A stretch of 63,939 nucleotides of DNA, filler included, from Octopus bimaculoides (Eukaryota), in NCBI RefSeq assembly GCF_001194135.2. It is 6 parts of 6 records of this genome, joined end to end, with 100 filler letters (N's around TTAATTAATTAA, not from the genome) between each part and the next. Parts side by side here need not be neighbours in the genome. Positions count along the whole stretch, not along the records: positions 62,823 to 63,939 come from NW_026394861.1; 5 more parts are not named here. One strand, 5' to 3'. Shown here one piece after another: positions 63,768 through 63,939 of this stretch (the first letter of the stretch is position 1; each line of letters begins with the position of its first letter). A program made the translations under genes and the position numbers. A model generated the notes under the pieces. The model ran no database searches and was not told where the DNA came from. It saw only the letters and a program-made list of their open reading frames with translations.

Positions 63768-63939
63768 CGATGACAACGTCGACAACAACGACGACGACAA
63801 CAACAACAATGACCACTAATACTCATACCACGACTACTACTATTACCAGCACAACCACAACCACCACTACTTCTGCAATATAAATCGATAGTAAAACGGA
63901 CAGACAGAAGGTGCATACAAAGATAGATAGATAGATAGA

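Noticed and set aside
1-63939. Dozens of long ORFs rich in Y/I, C/V, H/T, poly-L/I/T/D or X
   Set aside because: These are translations of (TA)n, (CA)n, (AAT)n, (ACT)n and (ATC)n microsatellites or of N gaps.

Overview
This is AT-rich, microsatellite-dense eukaryotic DNA from a gapped short-read scaffold. It is most likely a coleoid cephalopod (Octopus), inferred from the recurring tRNA-derived SINE families and the (TA)n/(CA)n/(AAT)n load. I found no complete, recognisable host gene. Almost all long ORFs in the supplied track are microsatellite or N-gap artefacts. A chain of short, phase-compatible candidate exons lies on the minus strand at about 2.5-11.4 kb, with unknown product. The rest is a transposon landscape: CR1, RTE and L1/Tx1 LINE fragments, two Penelope-like elements (PLEs), mariner and maT/Tc1 remnants, hAT and piggyBac-type MITEs, a Helitron-like piece and more than 20 SINE copies. 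Three observations stand out. (1) At 28-37.6 kb there is a same-strand cluster of four related L1/Tx1 ORF1 (RRM-like + CCHC) units. Three of them run straight into a 3' tail with no ORF2 (half-L1/HAL1-like), and one of those splits a mariner transposase gene. A tRNA-SINE subfamily in the same window shares their ~55-nt 3' end, suggesting a LINE / ORF1-only element / SINE partnership. (2) A tRNA-headed SINE-like family at 3.3-3.8 kb carries a minimal type I hammerhead ribozyme core, and the PLE at 44-46 kb ends in a variant hammerhead. (3) An indel-free 210-nt tandem duplication at 63.1-63.6 kb shows coding-like divergence. All calls were made by eye, with no database searches.
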